64,000 nt of DNA from Candidatus Hodarchaeota archaeon (GCA_048887225.1 JBHLJY010000001.1:128001-192000); one strand, 5' to 3'; shown: positions 9,530 through 19,288, numbered from the stretch's first letter. A program made the numbers and translations. Notes: a model not told the origin generated them from the letters alone.

Positions 9530-10882
9530 CTATTTTAAATTATTTTGAATTTTTTGAATCCTAAGATCTAGTTTCTGTAATTGTTTATCATGTTTTCCAT
9601 CATCATTTTCAGCAGATAAAATATTCTTAATTTGAAACAAATATTTTAGCGCAATTACATAGTCTTTTTTCTTTTCTGATTTGTTTGCTTGCTCCATGGC
9701 GAATTTTAATTCAACTTCTTTGTTGAGTTTAATAATTTCTAAAATTTTAAACGAGATTTTACCCATCTCCACATCTAAATTGAATTCTCTTGCGTAATTA
9801 AGTGCCTTTTGATATTCAGTTAACGCCTCTTGATATGCAGCATTTTTTTCTGCGATTTCACCTTTCTTCACTGAAGAATGAATTTTTATATGAGCTTCTT
9901 CAAGACTCATATCATGACATTCAAAAATTATATCTTCCATATCTCTTATTTCCATGATTTTTTCAATTACATATTCCCTACTTTGTTTTTCTTGTCTTTC
10001 AGATTCTAATTCTTCCTTTTGATATTCAAAATTTTGCCAAATAATGATATTTTCTCTTATCATCTGATATATATTCCAAAGAATTTCTTCATTCGATATC
10101 ACTCCTAATAGTTTTGAAGTTGTATCTATAAGTGGTGATATAAAAAAATATGTATCTTCTTTTAATAAATCCTTAGCACATTCATATATGGCTTTTTGAA
10201 CTATAGAAAAATTTTCGATTTTATTTGGTGGTATTTGAGTAGAGAGGGTGTGAGGATTAATCAGAGTTATTTCAAAAGTTTTTCCTACTAAGCTTCTAAC
10301 TGGGTCTAGTATACTTAAATCACTTTTTTGCTCAAATTCCTTTAATTCATCTTGATAGTTATATTCACATATATTCGTGAAATTTAAGAGTAATTCTCTT
10401 AAATTATTTGAAGCTCTTCTATCAAGAATTAAACAAATTCTGCATAATTCACCATTACACAAAAGAATATGAAAATTTTTATACTCAAACTCGTAAAATT
10501 TTTTATCTGGATTAATTTTATCTATTAACGTTAGTTCTTCGGACGAAAATGCTATATTTGCATGGATAAAACCAGATATTAGAGTAGCATCAATAGGTAA
10601 ATCGCTTACAGCCATATTAAATGCGGGTACGCCTCCTTTAGTAAGAATTATTACATGTCTTATACTTGTTATATCTTGGTACTTCCTCCAAATATGTTTA
10701 TATAATATTTTTTTTCTTTTTTGTTCTGAATCTTGTTCAATAGCTTCAATAATATCCACTAAAAAATTAGCGTCGCTAAATTTTTTCGATAAACACCTAA
10801 AGCAGTTTTCTGGATATCCCTCTTGACAAACCGATTTGTCCACTCCGCAATCAAATCCCGAGATCAATTTAAAATATGTCAA
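9530..10882 (-). CDS. Soluble longin-like domain protein with C-terminal TPR-like helices
   Basis: SD AGGTGG before TTG; IIL..GG.P.F...IDATLISGF..A...FS motif; N-terminal Cys cluster; helical C-terminus. Confidence 0.65.
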   Translation of the reverse strand: MTYFKLISGFDCGVDKSVCQEGYPENCFRCLSKKFSDANFLVDIIEAIEQDSEQKRKKILYKHIWRKYQDITSIRHVIILTKGGVPAFNMAVSDLPIDATLISGFIHANIAFSSEELTLIDKINPDKKFYEFEYKNFHILLCNGELCRICLILDRRASNNLRELLLNFTNICEYNYQDELKEFEQKSDLSILDPVRSLVGKTFEITLINPHTLSTQIPPNKIENFSIVQKAIYECAKDLLKEDTYFFISPLIDTTSKLLGVISNEEILWNIYQMIRENIIIWQNFEYQKEELESERQEKQSREYVIEKIMEIRDMEDIIFECHDMSLEEAHIKIHSSVKKGEIAEKNAAYQEALTEYQKALNYAREFNLDVEMGKISFKILEIIKLNKEVELKFAMEQANKSEKKKDYVIALKYLFQIKNILSAENDDGKHDKQLQKLDLRIQKIQNNLK

Positions 10883-11146
10883 ATAACCACCTTATGCTTA
10901 AAATTAAATATCTAATTACTTAATAATTTAATAAAAGTTTTTTTTATACTGTATCTAATAAAAAAATCCATATATTTAATTCTTAATAGTTATATTAGCA
11001 TCTTTTAAAATTTTAATGAAAAATTCCCTAGGACCTGATTCTCGCCTCTATTAAGCTGTTAATGCTTTCACCTTGAAAAAAATATAAATATAGAGCTAGA
11101 TAAACTTTAAGTAATACTCATTTTACAAAAAGAGGAGATACTGAAA

Positions 11147-11662
11147 TTGAAAAAAAAATTACAATTTGGATTTATGTTGACAATTTTTTTAGTCTCAGTT
11201 GTAACAGCAATTATTTTGTTCTCAAGCGCAAATACAAACATCACTAATAATTCTGCTATTGATGATGAAGCAAAATTAACAGTAGAAGCTGAAATCGACA
11301 ATAGAAAGGAGCCAAACACGGCACTAACTGAACCACAAGAGGGTGAAGTTGACGTTGTATTTAATCTTACAGTTGATGTTGGATGTAAGATAGGACTTGG
11401 AAATGATAAAAAAAAAATAAATCCATCCAAGCAATGGCAATATCATTTAGAATTCATAAATATTCCCGGAATATACGATACAGAAGCTAAAGAGATTAAA
11501 GATTTGGACATAATTATTGAAGAGTTCGTTGAAAATTGGCTTGAAAATAATGTTAAGAATAAGGGAAGAAAAAAGAAGATGCTTGAACGATATGTTATCA
11601 TTGATTATGAGGTTATAATGGAATTGCTACCGGAGCCACCAGAGCCACCAGGACCCGCATAA
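11147..11662 (+). CDS. Secreted or membrane-anchored hypothetical protein
   Basis: SD GAGGAG; basic N-terminus plus hydrophobic signal; Pro-rich tail PEPPEPPGPA; followed by a T-tract. Confidence 0.75.
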   Translation: MKKKLQFGFMLTIFLVSVVTAIILFSSANTNITNNSAIDDEAKLTVEAEIDNRKEPNTALTEPQEGEVDVVFNLTVDVGCKIGLGNDKKKINPSKQWQYHLEFINIPGIYDTEAKEIKDLDIIIEEFVENWLENNVKNKGRKKKMLERYVIIDYEVIMELLPEPPEPPGPA

Positions 11663-11671
11663 TTTTTAATT

Positions 11672-11693
11672 ATTCTCTTTTTTTTTATTTTTT
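11672..11693 (+). terminator. Oligo-T archaeal-type terminator
   Basis: Long T run immediately after the stop of 11147..11662. Confidence 0.45.
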
Positions 11694-11856
11694 AAGGAGT
11701 CTAATAATTAGAGCAAGTATAATACTGAAAATTTTAAAATTTTATTGAAATTAATTCTCTTCCGTCGAAGTTAATAATTAATCCTAAGAAATTTATACTA
11801 TGTATTTTTTATATTAAATTACTTACTTCAAGTTAATTTTTAAAGGTGGGATATCT

Positions 11857-12705
11857 TTGTGTAAAATCTGTAGAATGCATGCTGAGGGTCATGGTAAGTG
11901 GTATTTAAATCCCAAGGGCTATTCAGAGGAATTATTTTATAAATTATCATTACTTGATCGTATTTTAGGCAGAAAATCCAAAAAAGTCAGAGTTGCGCTT
12001 AAAGACAATGATTCGTCTTGGTTTCCTCTTGGTATTTCAAAACTTATGGATCAGGTTGACTTGGTGAGTAAGCCTCTAATTGGCCGCTTAGTTAGAATGA
12101 TCGGAAATCGTGTCGCTCTCCGTTCTCACTCAGGTCAGGTTGTTCCATTAGAAGATGCGTTTAAAATTGTGGATTTGAGTTACGATCACGTTGTTTACCC
12201 TTGCATGTGTAAAAGACTTTTTAAAGGTCATGACGAATATAAATGCCTTAATTTTGCTCCACTCACAGAAGAAAATAGAAAAAGTCCGAGAGCTTGGAAG
12301 GAAAAACATCTCAGTCCTGAAGAAGCAAAAGCAAAGTTAGAAGAATTCTCAGAAAAAGGATACGTTCATGCGGTTTTCTGGTGGTATGGAATGCCCCAGG
12401 CAGTTTGCATCTGTAACTGTGATAACAAGTATTGTTTTGCGGCGAGACCTAGATTGTGGTATGATGTAGAAAATACATACAGAAGGGCAGAGTATGTAGC
12501 CAAAGTTAATGGTGATGAATGTATCAGTTGCGGCAATTGTATAGAACGCTGCCAATTTGGGGCAATATCCTTAGGAAAGGACGACCGGGCTATAATAGAA
12601 CCAACAATTTGCTTTGGTTGTGGGCAATGCAGAGTTGTATGCGAGCAGAACGCCATAAAGCTTCTTGATAGAAACACTCATTTAGTAGCGCAAAAAATTT
12701 GGTAA
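11857..12705 (+). CDS. 4Fe-4S binding protein
   Basis: SD AGGTGGG; CMCK, GYVH, CICNC, CISCGNC..RC and CFGCGQC..VC motifs. Confidence 0.88.
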   Translation: MCKICRMHAEGHGKWYLNPKGYSEELFYKLSLLDRILGRKSKKVRVALKDNDSSWFPLGISKLMDQVDLVSKPLIGRLVRMIGNRVALRSHSGQVVPLEDAFKIVDLSYDHVVYPCMCKRLFKGHDEYKCLNFAPLTEENRKSPRAWKEKHLSPEEAKAKLEEFSEKGYVHAVFWWYGMPQAVCICNCDNKYCFAARPRLWYDVENTYRRAEYVAKVNGDECISCGNCIERCQFGAISLGKDDRAIIEPTICFGCGQCRVVCEQNAIKLLDRNTHLVAQKIW

Positions 12706-12721
12706 GAGGGAAGCATATAAA

Positions 12722-12985
12722 ATGGTAAAATTCTATTATGATAACAAGAAATGCGAATTACTTTACGATCAAGCAGAATATCGACCCACAAAATGTTTAA
12801 AATGTCTTGATATCTGTCCTTATTCTCTGTTAATGTTTGTACCAATGAAGGAAATGCGTAAGGATGGAGCCCCTTCAAAATTTAAAATTCACCTAACTTT
12901 CAGGTCCTATGCTGATAAATTTTGTCCTGAATGCTTGAAATGTGTTGAAGAATGCCCCTCCAATGCTATAAAAATAAAGATTTAG
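12722..12985 (+). CDS. Small ferredoxin-like Fe-S protein
   Basis: CLKCLDICP and CPECLKCVEECP motifs; 16 nt downstream of the previous gene. Confidence 0.82.
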   Translation: MVKFYYDNKKCELLYDQAEYRPTKCLKCLDICPYSLLMFVPMKEMRKDGAPSKFKIHLTFRSYADKFCPECLKCVEECPSNAIKIKI

Positions 12986-13050
12986 ATCTAATTCTTGTAT
13001 ATTCAAATATTATACATATTAATTATTTAGTCAAATTAGTAAAATATAAT

Positions 13051-13212
13051 ATGAGCAATAAAAAAAAACACATTGATGATTGTGGTTGCGAGCATCATCC
13101 GCGTGGAAAAAATCCCTCACACCACATAGATGATAAATGTCCTACTGATTTAGTTTTTGATAATCTAATAGAGACCTTAAAAAAGGAATTTAAAAAAGAT
13201 TTCGAAGATTAA
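13051..13212 (+). CDS. Small His/Cys-rich protein (53 aa), putative metal binder
   Basis: Internal ATG at 13051 of the track ORF 12952..13212 gives MSNKKKHIDDCGCEHHPRGKNPSHHIDDKCPTDLVFDNLIETLKKEFKKDFED and removes the overlap with the ferredoxin. Confidence 0.6.
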   Translation: MSNKKKHIDDCGCEHHPRGKNPSHHIDDKCPTDLVFDNLIETLKKEFKKDFED

Positions 13213-13309
13213 TAAGTTCAAAATAAGTTAATCTTTAAAGGACTGAATAAAACGTATAGAAACACTGGAATTGAAAAAGTAAAAAAATTTAATTTTAAGA
13301 GCTTTTTAC

Positions 13310-13894
13310 TCATAATGAGTAAGAAGTTGAAAATTCAGGGTAAACTAACTTTTCTTCATGCATTTGCTGTAATGCTAACTCAAATACGAGTCTGAAAACA
13401 TTATTTACATTATATCCCGTTTTAGAAGATGCTTTTATGTAATATTCTTTTTTTATTTCGCACATTTCTGCTATCTCAAAAACTACATCATCTTGAATCC
13501 CAGGATAATAATTTTCATTAATAAGATCGTGTTTTGTACCGACTAGAATTAAAGGAAGTCTATTATTCTTTGAACGAAACATGTTTGCCCAGTACGGTAT
13601 GTTTTCTAAACTGTGTATACTCGTTAAATCAAAGAGTAATACGCCAACATCTGCCCCATTTACATGGCATTCGTGTAAAAAACGAAATCTTTCTTGCCCT
13701 CCCAAATCCCATATTTGCAGCTTACAATGTGTAGAGTTAAAACTCCATTCTTTTACAAAAAAATCTAAGCCTATTGTCATAATCATATTTTCTACGAATA
13801 TTCCTTTGGTATATTTATTGAGCATTGTCGTTTTACCGACTCCTCCGTTACCGCCCATTATTATTTTAAAAAGGTAATTTGTCATAGACGACAT
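13310..13894 (-). CDS. Rab-like small GTPase
   Basis: G1 GNGGVGKT, G2 TIGLDF, G3 WDLGGQERF, G4 TKHD, G5 ASSK. Confidence 0.93.
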   Translation of the reverse strand: MSSMTNYLFKIIMGGNGGVGKTTMLNKYTKGIFVENMIMTIGLDFFVKEWSFNSTHCKLQIWDLGGQERFRFLHECHVNGADVGVLLFDLTSIHSLENIPYWANMFRSKNNRLPLILVGTKHDLINENYYPGIQDDVVFEIAEMCEIKKEYYIKASSKTGYNVNNVFRLVFELALQQMHEEKLVYPEFSTSYSL

Positions 13895-14139
13895 TTTTGA
13901 CTAAAGATATATTCTTATTAATAAAAAAAAAATAATCTTCATATTTAAATAAACGGTTATTTCCCTTATGTCGCAAGACAAAAGGAAAAATTAACTAACT
14001 TAAAGAATAAATATAATCAATAATTTCACTTAATATATTTTATTCGGTTTAGTAATACAACTTAAAAAACATGAAATCGTATTTTAGATTATACGTTCTA
14101 ATTTGAAATATTTAAAAACACTATGTTTAAATTTGGAAA

Positions 14140-16047
14140 TTATAGGTATTTTTCTAATCCAAGGGTTTTAACTTTCTCTTGAGTAGGGAGACCATTCTCT
14201 TTATCCCACCCCCGCTCGTCATAATAATCGTTGAGCAATTGATTTGCGATTTCAGGTGTTATCTTAGTTTCGCCAAAAAAATCCAGAAAGTTAAGCGTAT
14301 TTTTTCCAAATTGTAATGGTTCAAACCATCCTTTTGGAAAATTATCATCATTTCGAGTAAAACCTACTTTTGCGTTCAATAATTTAAGTAAATTCCAAGT
14401 GCGTTCGGCAGCTAACATCAAATCTTCAGGGAGCATATCAAAACTAGTCACAGCATTAAAAAATTCTGTAGCAGATTCCAGACTATAGAAACGATTTATT
14501 TGAGCCCTAGCACATAGTCCAAGGGAAGTTAGCACAGTATACCAATCCTCTGAGTAGCGAGTTAATCGTCCAACATTAATGACCATTTCTTGCATAGGAG
14601 GAGAGAAAATTCTATTTATAGCAGGATCAGGAATGCCCATTCGCTTGAAATGAGACTTGAATTTCTCTGGGGAGGAACCTGCGCCAATATAAGTAGGGGA
14701 GCCTCCTGATGCTACATGAGCACCTTTAGGATTCACTACTTGTTCAAATTCCATCGTGCCAAGGTGTAATAATCTTGGTTCAAAGACGATGTCTAAACCT
14801 TTTATAGCAAGTATTTTATCAGAAAGATCATCGTAAGCTTTAGTCAATTTACTGAATCCATCAGCCAAAATATCTCCAAACCCTTTTCTACGCGCAATCA
14901 TTTCAATTGCTCGGATTAAAGTATTGTAATCCTGTTTAAATTCCATATTGGTGTTTTTTTTGGTTAAGATTCCGGTTTCATATAATTTGGTACATAAATC
15001 TAGAAGCGCTGTTACCATCATGTAATCTAAGCCATATCTATTGCATAGATCACACGCTTTAATTGCCTCATAGTTATAATTTAAATCTTCAAGCTCCGTA
15101 AACAATAAAAAGGGATTAATAATCGAAGAGGTATAATGAATAAGCCCTTTAAAATCACCCTCTTTAAGTTCAAGAATATCTTTATCACCCATTGGGCAAG
15201 ATGGACAAGCTATGCGCCGTTTTTTCAATTCTTTAAGGTAAATACGTTCACTACATTGTCGAGCCTTTTGATTTTGTCCTGATGCTTTGAAGAGCATTCC
15301 TACTGGCAGACTTCTTAGCATTCCAAGGTCGTGCCAAGATTTTCTATGCGGGTAATTTCTGATGCGCTCAAAAAGCTTTTTATACAATTTATTAAATTCC
15401 TTTGGGCGTGCGATGGAAATGCCTTTTGTTCCTTTCGCAACAATTGCCTTAAGGTTCTTAGAACCCAAAACAGCTCCAAGTCCACCACGACCTAATGTTG
15501 AAGTTTTATCAATTAAAGCCATAGAAATTTTAACTAAATTTTCTCCCGCTTGACCAATTGCAATAGTTCCGCAAGAGTTAAATTTTTTTCTGAGGGCGTT
15601 GTGCGTTTCTATGATATCTTTACCCCATAAATTTTCAGCATCGCATAGTTCAATGTGGTCGTTCCATATTAGCAAATATACTGGTTTTTCTGCTTTTCCC
15701 GATAATATCACATGGTCATATCCAGCGTGCTTTAAATTGAATCCGAAACTCATACTACCACAAGAATAGGCAATTGCCCCTGTCGAGGGGAATTTAGTGT
15801 TGCCAACAATTCGAGAAGAGCCAGGCGTAATAGTACCGACTAAAGGACCTGTGCCTATTACAATAAAATTTTCAGAAGAAAGAGCGTCGATCTTGGGTTT
15901 AATCAATTCAGTGATAAGCTTAGTATTTATTCCGAGGGCCCCAATAAATTGTTTAACGTCGTCGAGGCCTAGTTGAGCGATTGAAATTTTGTTATTTGTT
16001 AAATCTATATTAAGAATATTGCCTGTATAACCGAACCATTCCCTCAA
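14140..16047 (-). CDS. aor: Tungsten aldehyde:ferredoxin oxidoreductase family protein
   Basis: GYTGNIL.IDL, IGQAGENLV, GRGGLGAVLGSKNLKAI, CPSCPMG, YYDERGWD; start re-set to TTG 16047 behind SD GGAGGTGGAGG. Confidence 0.92.
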   Translation of the reverse strand: MREWFGYTGNILNIDLTNNKISIAQLGLDDVKQFIGALGINTKLITELIKPKIDALSSENFIVIGTGPLVGTITPGSSRIVGNTKFPSTGAIAYSCGSMSFGFNLKHAGYDHVILSGKAEKPVYLLIWNDHIELCDAENLWGKDIIETHNALRKKFNSCGTIAIGQAGENLVKISMALIDKTSTLGRGGLGAVLGSKNLKAIVAKGTKGISIARPKEFNKLYKKLFERIRNYPHRKSWHDLGMLRSLPVGMLFKASGQNQKARQCSERIYLKELKKRRIACPSCPMGDKDILELKEGDFKGLIHYTSSIINPFLLFTELEDLNYNYEAIKACDLCNRYGLDYMMVTALLDLCTKLYETGILTKKNTNMEFKQDYNTLIRAIEMIARRKGFGDILADGFSKLTKAYDDLSDKILAIKGLDIVFEPRLLHLGTMEFEQVVNPKGAHVASGGSPTYIGAGSSPEKFKSHFKRMGIPDPAINRIFSPPMQEMVINVGRLTRYSEDWYTVLTSLGLCARAQINRFYSLESATEFFNAVTSFDMLPEDLMLAAERTWNLLKLLNAKVGFTRNDDNFPKGWFEPLQFGKNTLNFLDFFGETKITPEIANQLLNDYYDERGWDKENGLPTQEKVKTLGLEKYL

Positions 16048-16289
16048 ACCTCCACCTCCTTTAGTTCTAAAGCACCATAAAGACAATGTTTAGCACACTG
16101 ACCGCAACGAAGGCAGCTATTTAAAAAAGAGATTTTCGGACTTAAACCATGTCCATTTACCACTTGAATATGCGCTTCAGAGAGATTAAATTTTTTCGAG
16201 TGAAAAAGAGAACATGTTAATTGGCAAATCAAACATCCTGTACAATTATTTTCGTGGACAATAATAACTATGGAAATTTTTTTTGCCAT
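16044..16289 (-). CDS. 2x[4Fe-4S] ferredoxin, AOR partner
   Basis: CTGCLICQLTC and CLRCGQCAKHC; its TGA overlaps the AOR TTG start (TTGA), consistent with translational coupling. Confidence 0.9.
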   Translation of the reverse strand: MAKKISIVIIVHENNCTGCLICQLTCSLFHSKKFNLSEAHIQVVNGHGLSPKISFLNSCLRCGQCAKHCLYGALELKEVEV

Positions 16290-16424
16290 AGTAATAATTT
16301 TTCTTAAATATTAAATAAGTATTTTTTTAAAGAAAATAAATTTTGCTGAAATTATCTTTTTGTTTTCCTTACTTTCTAAAAACCGCTTTTTTCCTTAAAT
16401 TATTAAAAAAGGATAAAATGATAT

Positions 16425-17498
16425 CTAACGCCACTCACAGCCACATTCGCCGCATCTCAATTTCTTGCCGTAAATTCGTGGATAAACCGAAATAAGGTTA
16501 GTTTTATCAAGGATTTCGTGAATAAATCTTCTATTTGTATTACCACATTTAGGACAGCTTTTTCTCCCTACAGAGGATTCAATTGGTGTTTCTTTTTCCA
16601 TTAGTAATGCTGATCCCGTTCCATATTCTTTATCGTAAAATGGGGTCGAGATTTTTGGTTTCTCCATTGATCTTTCTCTGATCATTCTTGCTACAATCCC
16701 TTTTGGAATTTCAGGAAATTTTTCAAAAGACCTTCTTTTCACTTTTACGCTTACAATTTCTTTTTCTTTCCGTTGGGTGATTTCAGGAGTCACTTCCACA
16801 ATTCCTTTAAGGTTTAAATTTTCGATCTCTAATTCAGTAATTTTTTCGTTTAAGTCAATAATTAGTTTTTCTAATTTAGCAATGATAAATCTATCACTTT
16901 TTAGTTTTTCGCAATATTTATTAACTCGTTTGTTCTCCTCTTCTAAATTGGAGATTTTTTCGTTTAAACCAAGAATATGTTCTTCGAGATCAACAATATC
17001 TAACTGGTAATGCTTTTTGGCCTCATCACTTTTAGAAAGTAATTCTTTCTCCTTTTTAAGCTCTAATATTTCTTGGTTTATTGTTTCTTTGCTTTTAAGT
17101 AACTCTCTATTTTCCACTTGTAACTTACTAATTTGTTTTTCTAAATTAGCAATTTCTTCGTTTAACCAATCAATTTCTCCTTGTAGCTCTGTTTTTTCGT
17201 CCTTTATCTTCTCTATTGTATCGGATTTAATTCCTAAAACTATTAGATCATCAATATCTTTGCTTTTTTCTAATTCTGTAGCTAATTCATCGATTCTTTC
17301 TTTAAAAAGTTGTTTCTCGTGTTCTTTTTGAGCTAACTCTCGTTTTTGTGAAGCTATAATACTCTTAAAATTTAAAATCTCGTCGTTTTTTAATTTATTT
17401 ATCACGTTGCGCAGTTTTTTAATAGTATTTTCCAATTCAGAGCGAGTTTTTTGTTCGCTATCGTAAGAATCAAGCAAGTTTTCTATATCCTTAGTCAT
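16425..17498 (-). CDS. Long coiled-coil protein with C-terminal zinc ribbon
   Basis: About 230 aa of heptad-rich E/K/L sequence, then CPKCG...CGECG. Confidence 0.8.
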   Translation of the reverse strand: MTKDIENLLDSYDSEQKTRSELENTIKKLRNVINKLKNDEILNFKSIIASQKRELAQKEHEKQLFKERIDELATELEKSKDIDDLIVLGIKSDTIEKIKDEKTELQGEIDWLNEEIANLEKQISKLQVENRELLKSKETINQEILELKKEKELLSKSDEAKKHYQLDIVDLEEHILGLNEKISNLEEENKRVNKYCEKLKSDRFIIAKLEKLIIDLNEKITELEIENLNLKGIVEVTPEITQRKEKEIVSVKVKRRSFEKFPEIPKGIVARMIRERSMEKPKISTPFYDKEYGTGSALLMEKETPIESSVGRKSCPKCGNTNRRFIHEILDKTNLISVYPRIYGKKLRCGECGCEWR

Positions 17499-17665
17499 AA
17501 TCCTAAAGCCCAGATTATTTTATAATTTTATAAAATTAACCTTGTTTAAAAATTAATCAAGCTTATATTAAAAACTTAAGGAAACTAATCTAATTTTTAA
17601 TTTCAACTTTTTTATTTATTTGGGCAAAATTACAGATAATATACGGGCAAAATTAATTATTAATG

Positions 17666-18106
17666 CTATTTTTCTAATATTTTTTTCAAATTTTCTCCTT
17701 CTTCAATCATATGCTGAGTAATAGATCTTACTGACTTCTTAGCTAGTTTTGAAAGCAGCTTGCCTATACGAAAATCAAGAGTAGCAGTGAAAATACTACC
17801 ATTTTCAGTAGGTTCTATTTCAAAGGTTCCGCCATAGAGTAATAATTTTAATGATCCAACTGTCTTAAACTCAAATAATTTATTAGAGATAAGTCTTTTT
17901 AATTTAGCCCTTAGTTTAAGTAATTCACCTTTAACTTCTTCTTCAGTATACATTATTGAACCGACTTCATTTGGTTCTCCTTTTTCCCAATTTGCTTTTA
18001 TATGTGCTGGATGCCATTCGCAATAATTATCAACAAAATTTAATAACCAATTCCAAATTTTTTCCGGCTGGACATTTATTTCAATAGATTCTCTAAGTGT
18101 TTTAAT
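17666..18106 (-). CDS. SRPBCC/START-domain protein (probable ATT or ATA start)
   Basis: The frame of track ORF 17666..17953 stays open upstream, giving IKTLRESIEINVQPEKIWNWL...WHP, a typical SRPBCC N-terminus; bounded by in-frame TGA at 18115-18113 within SD GGTGA. Confidence 0.8.
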   Translation of the reverse strand: MKTLRESIEINVQPEKIWNWLLNFVDNYCEWHPAHIKANWEKGEPNEVGSIMYTEEEVKGELLKLRAKLKRLISNKLFEFKTVGSLKLLLYGGTFEIEPTENGSIFTATLDFRIGKLLSKLAKKSVRSITQHMIEEGENLKKILEK

Positions 18107-18124
18107 TATTGTTCACCAAATATA

Positions 18125-19288
18125 TTATTTTTTCAATAATCCTTTATCTTTTCTTAATTTTCTTTTTTCTAAGCGTTTTTTGACAACACAATATACCTCG
18201 CCTGTCATCATTGTCATAAGACAAGAATTACAACTAATACAGAGGGCTGGTGAAAGATCGCCGTTCTTCCAACGATTTGGGAGATCCGGCTCGTAAATCA
18301 ATGGTCTACACATCGATATAAAATCTGAGTGATTCTCTTTGAGAATTTTTTCGGCAGATATAGGATTTTTAATTCCTCCTACGAGAATTAACTTACAATG
18401 ATTCATTATCGGCTTTAATTCTTTAGCGGTTGGTAGAAAGTAATTCTCATCCTCTGGTGTTTTAATCATTTTGCTGGGGATTGCGTTTCTTACCTCTGTC
18501 ATCATCTCACTACCTCCTCCACTCGGCTCAATCGCATCATATCCCGTGTCTACAAGAATTTTAGTAATTTTTTTTGCTTCAGTTATGGTGAGACCACCTG
18601 GAACAAAATCATCAGTTTGTAATTTGATAATAATAGGAAAATTTTTTCCAACCTCGTCTCTAAGTTGATTGTAAATATCAACGAAGATTTTTGTTCGGCT
18701 TTTAGTATCTCCTCCATATTTATCTTCCCGTCTGTTTATGTGAGGTGAAATAAAATTGTTTAGTAAATACCCATGAGCGGCGTGTAATTGTACCATATCA
18801 TAGCCAGTTTCGTAAGCCCTCATTCCTGCTCCTACAAATTTTTCAATAATTTCTCCAATTTCTTCGGCTGTCAATTCTCGTGGTATTAAATTTGTTGCTT
18901 TATTTAGTATTGGTGAGGGGCCTACAGGAGGATATTTAGGATGAATCCCTTGACGACCAATATGAACTAATTGGGCTGCAATTTTTACGCTAGAATAATT
19001 GTGAACCGCCTCAACTAATTGTTTTTGTCCTGAAACATAAGAATCTTCATATAAATAAGCCTGATTTTGGCTACCTGAACTTTTAGGATCTACAGCAATA
19101 GCACCCGTGATTATTAATCCTGTGCCACCTTGAGCTAAGTCGGTATATAATTTTATAAGTCGATCGGTAACGTAGCCATCTTTAGTCGCCCTTTTTTCGT
19201 ACGTCGCAGACCGGACAATTCTATTTTTAATTTGGACGTTTCTTATTTTTCCAGGACGAAAAAGATATTTTAATTCTATTTTAATCAC
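18125..19288 (-). CDS. NADH:flavin oxidoreductase (Old Yellow Enzyme family); true start possibly ATA 19279
   Basis: IKNRIVRSAT, GGTGLIITG, QLVHIGRQ, HAAHGYLL, REDKYGG, RPLIYEPDLP, CISCNSC. Confidence 0.93.
   Translation of the reverse strand: MIKIELKYLFRPGKIRNVQIKNRIVRSATYEKRATKDGYVTDRLIKLYTDLAQGGTGLIITGAIAVDPKSSGSQNQAYLYEDSYVSGQKQLVEAVHNYSSVKIAAQLVHIGRQGIHPKYPPVGPSPILNKATNLIPRELTAEEIGEIIEKFVGAGMRAYETGYDMVQLHAAHGYLLNNFISPHINRREDKYGGDTKSRTKIFVDIYNQLRDEVGKNFPIIIKLQTDDFVPGGLTITEAKKITKILVDTGYDAIEPSGGGSEMMTEVRNAIPSKMIKTPEDENYFLPTAKELKPIMNHCKLILVGGIKNPISAEKILKENHSDFISMCRPLIYEPDLPNRWKNGDLSPALCISCNSCLMTMMTGEVYCVVKKRLEKRKLRKDKGLLKK

Noticed and set aside
11027-11075. Moderately GC-rich intergenic stretch considered as a riboswitch
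   Set aside because: No recognisable aptamer consensus or convincing pairing
12952-13050. N-terminal extension of the 86-aa track ORF
   Set aside because: Overlaps the ferredoxin and runs through AT-rich spacer; ATG 13051 is more plausible
14140-16086. Track start of AOR at 16086
   Set aside because: Overlaps the ferredoxin gene by 43 nt; TTG 16047 has a strong SD and stop-start overlap
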